NCBI GenBank assembly: GCA_051942205.1
Contig: JAVECO010000050.1
Span: 1 to 64,000, forward strand
Reading direction: 5' to 3'
Length of the DNA: 64,000 bases
Source: Coniocarpon cinnabarinum
Lineage: Eukaryota
In this document: piece by piece, positions 36,101-47,090 of the stretch
Numbering within the stretch: position 1 is the stretch's first letter
How the letters are laid out: each line of letters opens with the position of its first letter
The notes under the pieces: generated by a model
Databases searched by the model: none
Told to the model about the DNA's origin: nothing
What the model saw: the letters and a program-made list of their open reading frames with translations, nothing else
Position numbers and translations under genes: made by a program

Positions 36101-36396
36101 TCCTTGATGCTTTCTTCTATGACCGGGTCATTGGGGGCTGGGCTCGATGTGATCAGCCCGAGAAAGCTCTGCGAGCGAGAAACGTTGCTAAAGCTCGAGG
36201 CAAGCTGCAGAGCTGGGAGGCCTTGCGCGAGCTTTTGCAATGCTTGGTACGGTTCGAAAATTGGGCTCAGGCGCAAGATCTGGTGACTGAAAGCAGAGAA
36301 GAGGAACGTGCGGCAGGCAACGATCGAGCAAGAAGCCAGAGAGGCTCTGCTGCGTTCTGGGAGACTGTCCACGCAGTTGGATTAGAGCAGGGTTGA
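33148..36396 (+). CDS. Mitochondrial pentatricopeptide-repeat (PPR) protein
   Basis: Arg-rich presequence-like N-terminus; tandem ~35-aa repeats (e.g. WDAMLRGC..GIMPDAQLW, PADSFTYNPLL, PDVATFTMML, PTAHTFTTLV). Confidence 0.9.
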   Translation: MSSAWICAACRRTLNQQRRRARAGQVAHRNASYISLHSRTSQDAEDANDTFEYRPLRRRRRPPGYIDWQFDKSVENDFLQRISESRVHVEGPYSKDRRGSSQHSEELENRSEPSGGRTAKSSDSQAASARVYRRNGTVVRAHPLGLDEPTRQKRPWFGIPRSHTALSDLGYTNLDKDSHRYLNASLNMPSSSGDVMADGPENFGYGLEKQKSKASSGSFFDQYFEQARGPSTPSAAESPAKQALEKLQTAHQLAIPLERTTATSESTPTSNQPSELPNFPGSEEHRKDMDYPEGLDIPGQTTAETTEYNPQKSPSDASGYHVETWKSLLRMNAENKGQSSRTAVYHLCHTAVLAWCESPTDQSVLPKPQEMLKQLQQGQTVAEQARLSTEVLWSVLENALRHSFRTLGEQGEPDYHPLLIGLLELWSSIFKGFAECFSQDAHGVVHQVRRSNDWTSFIKSEQVRRFDSETSISCKARLFEFFPADLHASLPGLDTALLATRVLLHRSMETMAGTERTLSADLKNLTLLLERITLGATVSVAVFQKQLTEKCCVGADAAKMVEEVTEITQRGHAPKRFKQKSNNDSHQQMVELMKKRIGRAIEGGDVGRLDRAWRKIQREYGATEPEAETCASISPQLFAHLLTAYMALGRPNRAVDLWNLMTKAGLTPSIEHWDAMLRGCGMARNAEAVDVLWKNLHNAGIMPDAQLWATRIHSLGQSGRIEAALEAFQAMAREWLKSAALKSSQGKPTDSLKTRSTRTPKPNTQCLNALVAVLARSNRYDQLAQVLAMRKKLGIPADSFTYNPLLRAALRDDDLELASKIVRLMRASGVDPDVATFTMMLNSAFQQDATFGNETDDDTLKRDPADPLQVETLAGSGLVASLPAITGKQASSIAMVFHLMAKQSLKPTAHTFTTLVTGLLRSQPPNVKAAYGVLRYMSIHDLPLSPQVYTALISHHFEQDPPETNLIDALWQDGNHRHKVDRSLILDAFFYDRVIGGWARCDQPEKALRARNVAKARGKLQSWEALRELLQCLVRFENWAQAQDLVTESREEERAAGNDRARSQRGSAAFWETVHAVGLEQG

Positions 36397-36874
36397 CCTG
36401 CGGCGATATCAGACACCATTGACATGGGGTTCTTGTAATCTGTATATACAAAGGGAGAACAATTGCTTCGTGCGTGGGACTCACTTAAGAATACCAGCAC
36501 CATGTCAAAATTTTTCTTGCAATTTTGGCTGCGCCTTATGAATTAGACAAAAGGCGCGCAATCTAAAAGTACCGCAGTGTCAGAGTCAAGCATTGTGGTG
36601 CATGCGCATGAACGTGGAGCGTGAAGGCAAGAGGAGGTTACCCCATCTGGCCAAGATTGTCAGCGCAAAAGGGAACGCGTTGGCTGACCGACAAAAAAGG
36701 CTCCAACCACCTACTTCTGCACTACCTCTCACTTACGCTTCCTCTTTCCCTCTGCCACTCCTTGAACATCTACCTTTGAAGAGGGGTGAATGTTGATTTT
36801 CGCTTCTTGCTCTGTCCTCTGGGACGCCACTACAACACTTAGAATTTCCTACTCTTGACTGTGCCTCATTCAAT

Positions 36875-39750
36875 ATGGACATTAACCAAGTGCTCAAAGA
36901 CACCGTTTCTCCAGGTACGACTCCTCATCAAACTTTCAGTCAATGGTAAAATCGTATCTCCGTATTGTTGCTAACGAGTACGCCATCAGACCCCACAACT
37001 CGACAAAATGCAGAAACCCAGCTGGTGCAAGCCGCAGACGGCGATTTCGTAAGTTGACGCACTCTTAGCTATCCAACCGCAGAGCTCGGGCTGACGACTT
37101 TTCAAAACAGTCTGGCTACGTGCGGACACTTTCGCAAGAGCTGGCGAATGAGCAAGCCGATGTCATTCCCCGTATGGCCGCGGCCCTTTCGTTGAAGAAC
37201 TCATTGACGGCTCGTGAATTTTCTCGTCTAAAAGAGCGCCAAGATCGGTGGCAGCAGGCACTGCCGGCGGACGTTCGAAATGGCAGCAAAGCATTTGCCC
37301 TCCAGACATTAAAAACGAACGATTCAAGGGTCAGCGCACAGGCGGCGCAGTTTGTTGCTGCTATAGCCGCCATTGAGCTACCAAGGAATCAGTGGCCAGA
37401 GTTGATGCCAATCCTCGTTGAGAACGTAGGAACCGGCTCGGATCATCTGAAGCAGGCGTCGCTACAAACCATTGGCTATATTTGCGAAAACCAAGACGCC
37501 AATCTTCAACTCACCCTTTCGCAATATTCTAACAGTATATTGACAGCCGTGGTGCAAGGTGCGCGGAGGGAAGAACCGAACACCGACGTGCGCAACAGTG
37601 CTATCACAGCTTTGAGTGATTCACTGGAGTTCGTCCGCTCCAACTTCGAAAACGAGGGTGAGCGGAACTACATCATGCAGGTGATCTGTGAAGCCACGCA
37701 AGCCAATGATACACGCATTATTCAAGGTGCTTACGGGTGTCTGAACCGTATCATGGCTCTATACTACGACCGCATGTTCTTCTACATGGAGAAAGCCCTG
37801 TTCGGCCTCACGGTACAAGGCATGAAGCACGAGGACGAGGACGTGGCCAAGCTCGCTGTCGAGTTCTGGTGCACAGTCTGCGAAGAGGAAATCTCAATCG
37901 AGGACGACAACGCTCAAGCGGAGATTGAGGGTAGTCCGACGCGTCCTTACTTCAATTTCTCCAAGATCGCCACTGCTGAGGTCGTGCCGGTGTTACTGGA
38001 TCTTCTCTCGAAGCAAGATGAGGACGCTGCGGATGATGAATATAACCTACAGCGCGCTGCTTATCAATGCCTGCAGCTCTGGGCTCAGTCTGTCGGAAAC
38101 GCCGTTGTTCAACCAGTCCTCCAGTACGTAGAGGCTAACATTAGATCTGAGGACTGGCATCTTCGTGATGCGTCGGCGTCTGCCTTCGGTGCCATCATGG
38201 AGGGCCCTGACGAGAAGATGCTTGACAACATTGTCAAACAAGCTCTGCCTATCCTCATTGGCATGATGAGCGATCCTTCCATCTTGGTGAAAGACTCTGT
38301 TGCATTCACGCTTGGCCGAATCAGTGAATGTGTGGCGTCTTCGATTGACACAGAAAAGCACCTACCTGGCCTTGTTGAATCATTGTTCAGCGGACTAGCA
38401 AGCCATCCCAGGATGGCATCCTCTTGCTGCTGGGCGCTCATGAATCTAGCTAACAACTTCGCTGGAGAACCTGGCGCTGAAACAAACCCAATGACAAACT
38501 ACTTCGAAGCAAGCGTATCGGCTTTGCTCCAGGCAACCGAGCGTAACGATGCGGACAGCGGAGTTCGTACAGCTGCGTATGAAGTCCTCAATACCTTCAT
38601 CACCAATGCTGCATCTAAGAGTCTTCCCACTATCGCTGCGGTCAGCGAGCAGATTTTGCAGCGTCTTGAAGGATCGATTCCCTTGCGCCAGCAAGCCCTG
38701 TCCGTTGAGGACCGTCTGACCTTGGACGATATACAAACTAGCCTTTGCACAGTCGTAATGGCTGTGATTCAGCGCATCGATTCGGAGATCGCTCCGCAAG
38801 CGGATCGCATCATGAACGGCCTGTTGCAACTTCTATCCTCGCTGAACAGCAAATCCAGCGTTGCAGATTCGGCATTGGCACCTGCAGGCGCACTTGCCAC
38901 CGCACTTGGTGCCGGATTTCATAAATACATGGAAGCATTCAAGCCTTACCTTTTCAAGGCCTTGAACAACAGGGATGAGCCTGGCCTGTGCGCTGTTGCC
39001 ATTGGCTTAACCAGCGACGTTGTCCGCGCTCTCGAGCAAGACTCTCAGCCGTACTGTGACGACTTCATGAACGCGTTGTTGGAAAACTTGCGCAGCACCT
39101 CACTCGGCAACCAATTCAAGCCAGCAATACTTCAATGTTTCGGTGACATTGCTCAAGCAATTGGCGGAGCGTTCGAGACCTACCTGAAAGTCGTGGCACA
39201 GGTTCTCGACCAAGCAGCTAGCATTAGCACGAACGAGCAGCAACAGTCATACGAGGTACTTGACTATATCGTATCGTTGCGCGAGGGCATTATGGATGCT
39301 TGGGCCGGAGCAATCATTGCTATGACAACCTCTCGCAAAGGTAAAGTGTTTCTTATCTGTTACTTGTATAACCGACCAGCTTGCTAACTACTCAATAGCC
39401 GACCGTCTCAAGGAGTTCGTCGACGCAATTTTCAGGTTGCTTCACACCATCTCGATGGACCTCAATCGCAGCGAGGCCCTGTTGCGATCATCAATGGGCG
39501 TGCTAGGTGATTTGGCAGATGCGTTTCCAAACGGTGAGATCGCTGATTACTACCGTAATGACTGGGTTGCCTCGATGGTCAAAGAAGCGAAATCGAACCG
39601 TGATCATTCGGCACGAACTATACAAACCGCCAAGTGGGCCCGCGAACAGGTCCGGCGTCAGACGAGTATGTCAAAGTCTTAATTGAGGACCCACGAGGCA
39701 CGATTGCTCTAACAGCATATTTTGCAGGCAGTGGCGGGGTCGGCGCGTAG
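36875..39750 (+). CDS. KAP95: Importin subunit beta-1
   Basis: MDINQVL start, AIELPRNQWPEL, NFENEGERNYIMQV, AVEFWCTVCEEE and acidic HEAT-8 loop. Four introns (36915-36989, ~37049-37110, 39341-39398, 39666-39727). Confidence 0.96.
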
Positions 39751-40750
39751 CATGCACCACTCACGTCCAACCCTTATCATCATCTCTATCATGGCCATCT
39801 TCTTTGAAGTTCGTCACAGTTGGCCACCAGCTATTGCGTCGCCTTGCAGCAAATTGAGTGTCAATTTCAGTGACTTTCTCGAGCTTGCTTTGAGAAGTGC
39901 GAAAAGAAAGACCTTAGCCATCTCCCTTCCAGCAGCATTCTGAACTTCTCAAGCCTTGGTTTCCCGTTGCGGAGCAGCACTCCAGCGGCCACAACACTTA
40001 ATGGCATGCTTATCAACATATCAGAACAGTCTCGCGCGACGCCATCCACAAGTCAGGCCGTGTTCTCAGGCTCCAAGGCGCGGCATCATTGCCGCAGCTG
40101 CATCAATCGACTCCCTCCAGCACATATATGTGACAAAACGTCACTCCTGCACGCGACACACCTCCTCACCAGACCGTCTTCCCCTCCCACAGCACACCAG
40201 CACAACAACCAAGCACCGACCCCTTGTGTGGAGTTCACGTCAGTATAATGTACGCCATCATGAATGAGTACGGCACAACCCGAAGCACCATCATGTAATA
40301 CCCACCTCGACTCAGGGCCTTAAATGGCTCGACGGCTCAAGGCCGGCTTGGAAGAGGCTAGATAGAGATACCAATCAATTAGAAGCCTAGAAGGCTATTC
40401 GACCCCCAATGCTTTCTTCTCAAACCTGCTATTGAAGGTATCGTGATTGAGGGTTGCGCGTCTGGACCGACCCTAACAACCAGTAACAGGATTATGAGGC
40501 TGTGCAACATCTAACACCGTTGCTTGGCGTGACGACGATCCAACGTGTGCATCTTGCGCAAGACGAGGACAGCTTTTGCTCTGCTGTGCGAAAGTCTTCG
40601 TATTGCGCTCTTTCGCATCCTGTTCTTCTCCGATTCCAATTTGACTTAAATCAGACCAGGCCCTAATATTGTTGCCGTCTCATTCAGATGATCTTTAACG
40701 CCGAGGTCCGCAACACAGTTCCGGCGTGAAAGGAAAGAGCTCCGCAAAAG

Positions 40751-42491
40751 ATGAGGAAGTTCATGGGCTCGCTAAGAGCGCCATCGAGACGTAGCAGTAT
40801 GCGAGCTTTGAAGCCGTATGATCCCATTGCAGGCTAACCGTCTCGTCTCGCTAGGTCAATTCCCAGTCACATCAGGCTCGCCCGCCGACAGCATCAAGCG
40901 TGATATTGTATGCTAAAGCGGTTGGCTGTCTCGATGCGCGCAGGGACTGACATATAGCGCAGAAACAATTCGTGGACTCGAATGAAGCTCTCGCAGCTGT
41001 ACGACTCCTCTACGTTTATGCAAACTACATAAGAGCTGACGACTCACGCAGGGCGATGAATTCCTCCAGCTCCCAAAGATTGTCGACGCAGCGGAAGCCA
41101 GTCCGCCTGCGGCTGCGATAGCAGTTCGCCAAATTCGCAAAGCACTGGCTCGAAGTCAATGGGTCACAGCGTACAAACAATACCACGCAATGATGCTCCT
41201 CCGCATCCTCATCGACAACCCTGGAAGCTGTCGGAACCTCGTAAACAACATCGACAAAGATGTGAGAGATACGCTGCAGGGCATCTTGCGGACACATCAA
41301 GATCCGAGCGTGCAGCAGATCACGCGCGAGACGCTGGATTACTTTGCGCGGGAAAAGGCGGACATTGCACAGCTGAAACCGATCACGGAGATGTGGTTGC
41401 AGGAGAAGGAAGTGATTGATGGGAAGAGACAGAGCCGCATGTCGTCTTATCCGCAGGGACAGTGGCAAGGGTGGCAAGGCGCGTCGAGGGACTTTGCGTC
41501 CACTGCGCCTGCTGCACACAGTGACGGCCGACCTAAGCACACCTTACCCAGCCAAGTGGAACTAGCTGGTCGGATCGAAGAGGCGCGGACGAGTGCAAAG
41601 CTACTGATTCAGCTAACACAGTCGACGTCGCCAGCCGAGTTCCATTCGAATGAGCTGATTAAGGAGTTTGCGGACCGTTGCCAATCCGCTCAACGCAGCT
41701 TGAATGGCTATATGAATGCGACCCCAGGACCAGACGAGCAGACGTTCCAGACGCTGATTGAGACTTGCGAGATGCTTAGTTTGGCGAGTAGTAAACACCA
41801 GCGGGCGGCACTGGCCGCGCGGAAACAGACGAAAGACAATCTCGAGCGAACGGATACCCTCGAGCATGAAGTATCGCGAGAGTCGTTACCGCACACAGCT
41901 GCTGGAGCATTGCAAGCCCCAAACGTGGCGCTACCGCCTTCCTTGAATCAGTCCAACTTCTCAGGATTCAACTCTTATAACGGCGTGCCTAGCGATACCA
42001 AACCACAGAGACAGCCAGAGGTGCAGAATCCATTTGGGGATGAGAACCAAAGCAACTACAACGCGCCTACTACAGGCTGGCGAGATAGCCGTCGAGTGAG
42101 TCCACCGACGCCACAGGCGCCCTTCGTGGAGCTCCCCACGACGTCAACGCCGCCTACCAATGCCACAGGATTCATACAACCTTTGCAAAACGGGGAGTCC
42201 TTTGTGCCACCCCCCGGTCCGCCACCTGGACATTCAGCTCCGCAGGCCCATGAAACGCATCGAGCTTATGGCGATGGCAGTGCATTGGATGCGTCACCGC
42301 GACGGCCGCTGACCGCCGACTCTGACGATTTGTACTCGGCTCATGAACCCTCTGGACACGGTGGCGCAGGGAGTTTCTACACGAATGGCACGAACTCGAC
42401 GTCATTGCATGATCGAGGCAAAGGGAGAGTTAGAGACGACGAACCGTTCAGTCCTGTTGGTGGTGTAAGCGGGAGTGGCTGGAACTATTGA
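40751..42491 (+). CDS. VHS-like/GAT-domain protein
   Basis: Three short 5' exons lead into LQLPKIVDAAEASP..QYHAMMLLRILIDNPG; GAT-like LPSQVELAGRIEEARTSAKLL..ELIKEFADRCQSAQR; NPF motif in a Pro-rich tail. Confidence 0.78.
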
Positions 42492-42758
42492 TGGCGTTAC
42501 TCGAGCTTCGTTCGCATATGGTCTCCTGTCGACGTGTAGATTTGCTAGAGAATACCCTGAGCTAGATTTTGTACAATGAAATGGCTTGCAATGCGCGATC
42601 TAGTGAGTAACACGGCTCTTCACTCAGTTCCTTCGAGCTCATTGAAAAAGCAGGCTTAAGATCTTATGATATATAATGCATCTAAAAAACCATCAACTTG
42701 ATTTGCGTAAGCCTCACCCGCGAATGGATTCTGATAAAAATACGTGCTAATGACCAAT

Positions 42759-42847
42759 AGCTGCTTGGCGCAGTGGTAACGCGTCGCACTTGTACCTTAC
42801 ACGTACAGCCCATGCGAAGATCAGTGGTTCAATTCCACTAGTAGGCA
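42759..42847 (+). tRNA. tRNA-Thr(TGT) with 17-nt intron (42795-42811); acceptor stem mispaired at positions 1-2
   Basis: A box TGGCGCAGTGG, anticodon stem TCGCA/TGCGA with TGT at 42791-42793, intron after position 37, T arm AGTGG-TTCAATT-CCACT, 3' strand AGTAGGC+A. Confidence 0.88.
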
Positions 42848-42853
42848 TTTTTT
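42848..42853 (+). terminator. RNA polymerase III terminator (T6)
   Basis: TTTTTT immediately after the tRNA discriminator base. Confidence 0.85.
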
Positions 42854-44084
42854 GCCTATGTAAGCCTTTTGGCTTCACTTGAACTTTTTGAAGGGATTCT
42901 CGGGGTGTGGCGTTTCCGGACCGAGGGACGGGCGGAGAGGTAGTATGCGGCTATACATGTGCCCTAATTCCTCCAGCTTCTTTTATTTATCTTTTTCTGA
43001 GAGATCATGTTGGAGTGTTATAGATGCAATTTGCTTGCGGTCTGTGGTATGCTAGCGCCTGATCACTTTGTCTTTGTCTTGAGTAGTTACCTCTCTTGGT
43101 TCTAGTCTGAAAAGAAGTTGGCTCACCACTTTGCGTGCAACCTCACGAGATGCAAGCACTTACATAAGAAGTGGTATAGTCCAAGTCACTGCTGAGTTCG
43201 CATATACGAGATCAAGTCCTTTGTTTGATATCAGCAAGAGAAAAGAGCAAACCGAAAAAGAAACAGGCACTAAATGAGGAAGGGCATTAAAGTTTTGAAC
43301 AGGTGACAGTCACTAGAAACATAAAATCCCTACACGGCATCCAGACTATACGCGTTCCTAGAGGAAGAAGCTCAAGCACGAGTCCGAGATCTTGCTGATG
43401 TAAGATGGAGGATTCCAGTGAATCAAGTTTGCATATCATCTGAGATTATGATCCTGTCCCTCTTCCCCATGCTACATAGCAGGGGTGATCTTCTGCCCAC
43501 CTTCTTTGACGGGGTTTCTCTGGATCGTTGCAATGTTCCGCACCAAGCGTGTCTAGAGGCTTGTAATGTAAGTGGGCGCTTTATGCTCCTAGTAGCTTGA
43601 AAACTCTGCCATTAGATGCGAAGATCTGCTAGGATGTATTTGGCTAGCTGAGACACGGGTTTGATGACTCATTCACTGCGTTGTCAGCGAGGTCATGGAA
43701 GCGGTTGGAAATATGCCCTTTCTCAGTGTAGGCATACGTATCGAAATCATTGATATCTAATGAGACACGGCCGGAGAGGAATTTTGAAAGAACAGATATG
43801 GAAACCTCATCGAAGTCTAATAGGAAATAGACTGAGAGCTATTCCAACCATGGCGTGGGCGACATTGAAAAAGCGCGCCACGAAGTCATCTTAACGAATC
43901 AGGTGAGGAATTGGGAGCACGAGTAGACTCAATCAGACAAAGATTAAGAGAGGATTGAATTATGCAGAAGTCCTCGAATGCATGAATGACGAGTCCAATA
44001 AATCATCAAACTTCACTATTTACACTAAATACTTGTACAAGTCTGTAACTAATACCCTATGAGTCCACCTCTTTACCGAGTCCT

Positions 44085-46199
44085 TTATCGCAGTCCCGAC
44101 TTCGGGCTGAAGAGCTCCTCGTCATGTGCCATGGGCGCGTTCGAGCTCCCATTCATCATGTACGCCGTCGGCGCCTGAGATACTGAACTCCTGAGACGTC
44201 TCACATCACTCGCCATGGAACCCCGCGACGCTACACGTGAGCGCTCAGCGCCGGTAGCCTGCCGACTGTCAGCCGCCGCGTAACTATTTTTGCGAGGATT
44301 GATCGCCGACGCACGCTTCGATCGCTTCCGAGCTCGAGGCACGTAATCGCCATCCGGATCACCGTTGTCCGCGCCATCACTTTCATCGCCCTCGCCACTT
44401 GACTCTTGTGCTTCCTCTTCCTCCTCTTCATCGACCATCTTTCGCTTGAGCGTGGCGCGGCCCTTGGTCTTCTGCGCGCGGCTTGCGTTCCGCTCTTGCT
44501 GCGCGTCGATCTGCATCTGCAGGTCGCCCATGTTCACGAAGAACTGCGTGGCGGTCCGACCACGGGCCTGCATCATGCGCATCTTTGAATGGCCGGTCGC
44601 TGCTGCTTTGCGGTCGACAAGGCGGTACACCAACGTGCGATCGTGTGGCAGTTTTCGCTTTTCCGGGTGACGCGGGTCGTGGTCAGGATAGCTAGTCCAA
44701 CGTTCAGCGCCCTTGCCGGTCTTCGTAGCCGTGATGAAGTCCTTGGCGACTTTGAACTCATCGGTACCCTGACCAAGACCCGCGATCCACTCGCCGGTGG
44801 GCTCACCGGGGATTTGACGATCATCGGCGCGGACGCCGAGATCGCGGCAGATCTTGGCAAAGTTGAGGAAACGCTCCATGCAGTACAGATGGGCATACCC
44901 GGCGACGTGCATTGGGTTGCGAGTGTCGCCGTATGTCGACCATTGCTCGTCGAAAGCGACGCGGTAGTGGCCGGTGTTGATGGTGCGGGCTTTGTAGATG
45001 CCAGCAGGACACTCTCGGACACGACACTTGAGTCCGTGCTGGGTGTTGACACGCTTCGCGGAGTCGCCGGGCATCTTCTGAATCCACAGAACAAGCTTGG
45101 CTTTCGACTGAATGATGGCGTTCTGTTGCTCAGCGGGCAATGTGGCACGCGTAGCTGCGTTGTGAAAGGGATGCTCGTAGAGGAAGCATTCGAGGTCTTG
45201 GGCGTTGAATGCGACGGAGTTGAGCTCGCCCCATTGGTTGTAGCGGAAGGTCGTGCCATTGCTGGCAGTCCACTGAGGATGTGAGACACCAAATGGGTGC
45301 AGAGTGTTTTGGTAGGGGCCGTCGCCGTAAGTGTTAGTCTTACCTGTGCGCGTATTACCCTTCGTTGCGGAGTTGACACGAACCCAAGGTCGCTTGTCGT
45401 CAGTCTTGGGAGCTTCTACATGGTACAATGGCTGACGACGATTGATCTTGCTTCCCTGACCTCGACCACTGGACTTTCGTCGGCTAGAAAATGTGATCTG
45501 CTGTTCGTCAGTGTCTTCCTCGATGGTTGGCAGCACATTTGAAAGCATGCCGGTGTCCACTGGAGTCTCGGGCATTGGCTCGGGCATTTGAGCGTAGTGA
45601 ACAGGTGCAAAACTGGTTGGGTCTGGATATTGGTACTGGGTACCCATTTGCATTGGCCCAGGGTTGAGCATGGGGTCAAAAGTTGATGACTGGGGAACAT
45701 CGTAGGATGGCAGCGCTGCTGTCATCGGGATGCCAGAGTCCCATCGCAGCTCTCGTTCGTCGAGCACGCGACCATTGCGGGGATGAAGCCACTCACCGTT
45801 GATGCCGCGAATCGCAGGGATCTCACTGCCCGAGTCGGTCCGATATCGAGGCTGCTCCTCATTCGTTTGGTACAGAAGCGCTGGGTCAATGTTCTGAGTC
45901 TGCGTCATCGTATCCTGTGGCATGACAAAGTTATTGTTGGATCCATCAATCTGGCTAAAATCCGTAAAGTCACCCATGTTAGCGTCGTACTGAGGCTGTT
46001 CTGATCCATTGTAAGGGGCACCACTTTCTAGAAATGCAGTGAATGAATCCTTTGAACCGTTACGCTGTTCTTGGGGCATATTAAGGGGTTGTGTGAAATC
46101 GAACACACCGTCAAGATTGAAGTCGTCACCACCTGGCAGGCCAACAAGATTCTCAGGTGCAAACATGTTGTTGCCGTCGTTATTACCGAAAGCAGACAT
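44085..46199 (-). CDS. Hypothetical nuclear protein with a C-x4-C...H-x2-C putative zinc-binding domain
   Basis: ~704-aa single ORF from ATG 46199; acidic N-terminus, globular core LWIQ...KCRVRECP...RVAFDE...AGYAHLYCME, acidic tract and basic RARKRSKR. Confidence 0.8.
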   Translation of the reverse strand: MSAFGNNDGNNMFAPENLVGLPGGDDFNLDGVFDFTQPLNMPQEQRNGSKDSFTAFLESGAPYNGSEQPQYDANMGDFTDFSQIDGSNNNFVMPQDTMTQTQNIDPALLYQTNEEQPRYRTDSGSEIPAIRGINGEWLHPRNGRVLDERELRWDSGIPMTAALPSYDVPQSSTFDPMLNPGPMQMGTQYQYPDPTSFAPVHYAQMPEPMPETPVDTGMLSNVLPTIEEDTDEQQITFSSRRKSSGRGQGSKINRRQPLYHVEAPKTDDKRPWVRVNSATKGNTRTGKTNTYGDGPYQNTLHPFGVSHPQWTASNGTTFRYNQWGELNSVAFNAQDLECFLYEHPFHNAATRATLPAEQQNAIIQSKAKLVLWIQKMPGDSAKRVNTQHGLKCRVRECPAGIYKARTINTGHYRVAFDEQWSTYGDTRNPMHVAGYAHLYCMERFLNFAKICRDLGVRADDRQIPGEPTGEWIAGLGQGTDEFKVAKDFITATKTGKGAERWTSYPDHDPRHPEKRKLPHDRTLVYRLVDRKAAATGHSKMRMMQARGRTATQFFVNMGDLQMQIDAQQERNASRAQKTKGRATLKRKMVDEEEEEEAQESSGEGDESDGADNGDPDGDYVPRARKRSKRASAINPRKNSYAAADSRQATGAERSRVASRGSMASDVRRLRSSVSQAPTAYMMNGSSNAPMAHDEELFSPKSGLR

Positions 46200-47090
46200 T
46201 GTGGGTAATGATGGTCGCAAGAGGCGACTGAAAAAGCTGAATAATGTAATGACTATGCAAACTAGACTCGAGACCTGCTCGGTATGAACTGAACAGTTTT
46301 AAGGAAATGCCTATACAGAGATGTGAAACAGGGACAGGACTGGAACAGAACGAAGACTAGACGAGATTGGAAAGGTTTTACACCGGGGCATAGTCTTGAA
46401 GACATCCTTGTGTCTGCACTGGACTCGAACAAAGAGACCCTTAGGCATTGTCTAATGGGGCCACAAATCTCAATGGCTTGACCTTGGGACGCACAATGTC
46501 TTTGCAAGACACGCTTTGACATTGCTTTGTCTGCTAAGGAGGGTCTGCAAGCCACGCGAGGTCCAGTCCACGTGAACGAATTGAGACTCGAGAACGGCAT
46601 GGCTCGGACAGGTTCTGCTTTGATGGTCAGCATAGAGATGTGTGACGAACTATTGCCACTGTAATCCAATTTTTCTCTCAGAAGGTCTCCAAGCAAGTCT
46701 CCGCCATGGGGGTTCGGAACAGGTCTGTGAATCATTGCATTGTTCTCATCATTGTGGAGGAAGAAGTGTTGAGGGTAAGTTCGCTAGACTCACTATCTTA
46801 GATCAGCAGCATAGACAGGTACGCAAAGCTCAAAGAGCAGTTCTTCTGCATACAGACGAGCTTCTCGTTAGTTTGCTACACATGCCTATGAGAGTGCACC
46901 TCAATCTCATGGGACACACGCGCAAGGTATGTACGGGAGTAGGCTCTAAAGTACAAGGGTACAGAACACATCTGAGACTCGTCACACATTTCTCAATATA
47001 GTTAGTGCGATCTCTTGCCATTCCATCATTGCACCTCTACCTTCGCTTCCCCTGCTCAATCACTTCTCGTCTGGACGCGGTGTCTGCATA

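Noticed and set aside
44573..45379. Overlapping 268-aa and 231-aa ORFs within the 44085-46199 gene
   Set aside because: They are alternate-frame or antisense shadows of a GC-rich CDS, with no motifs.
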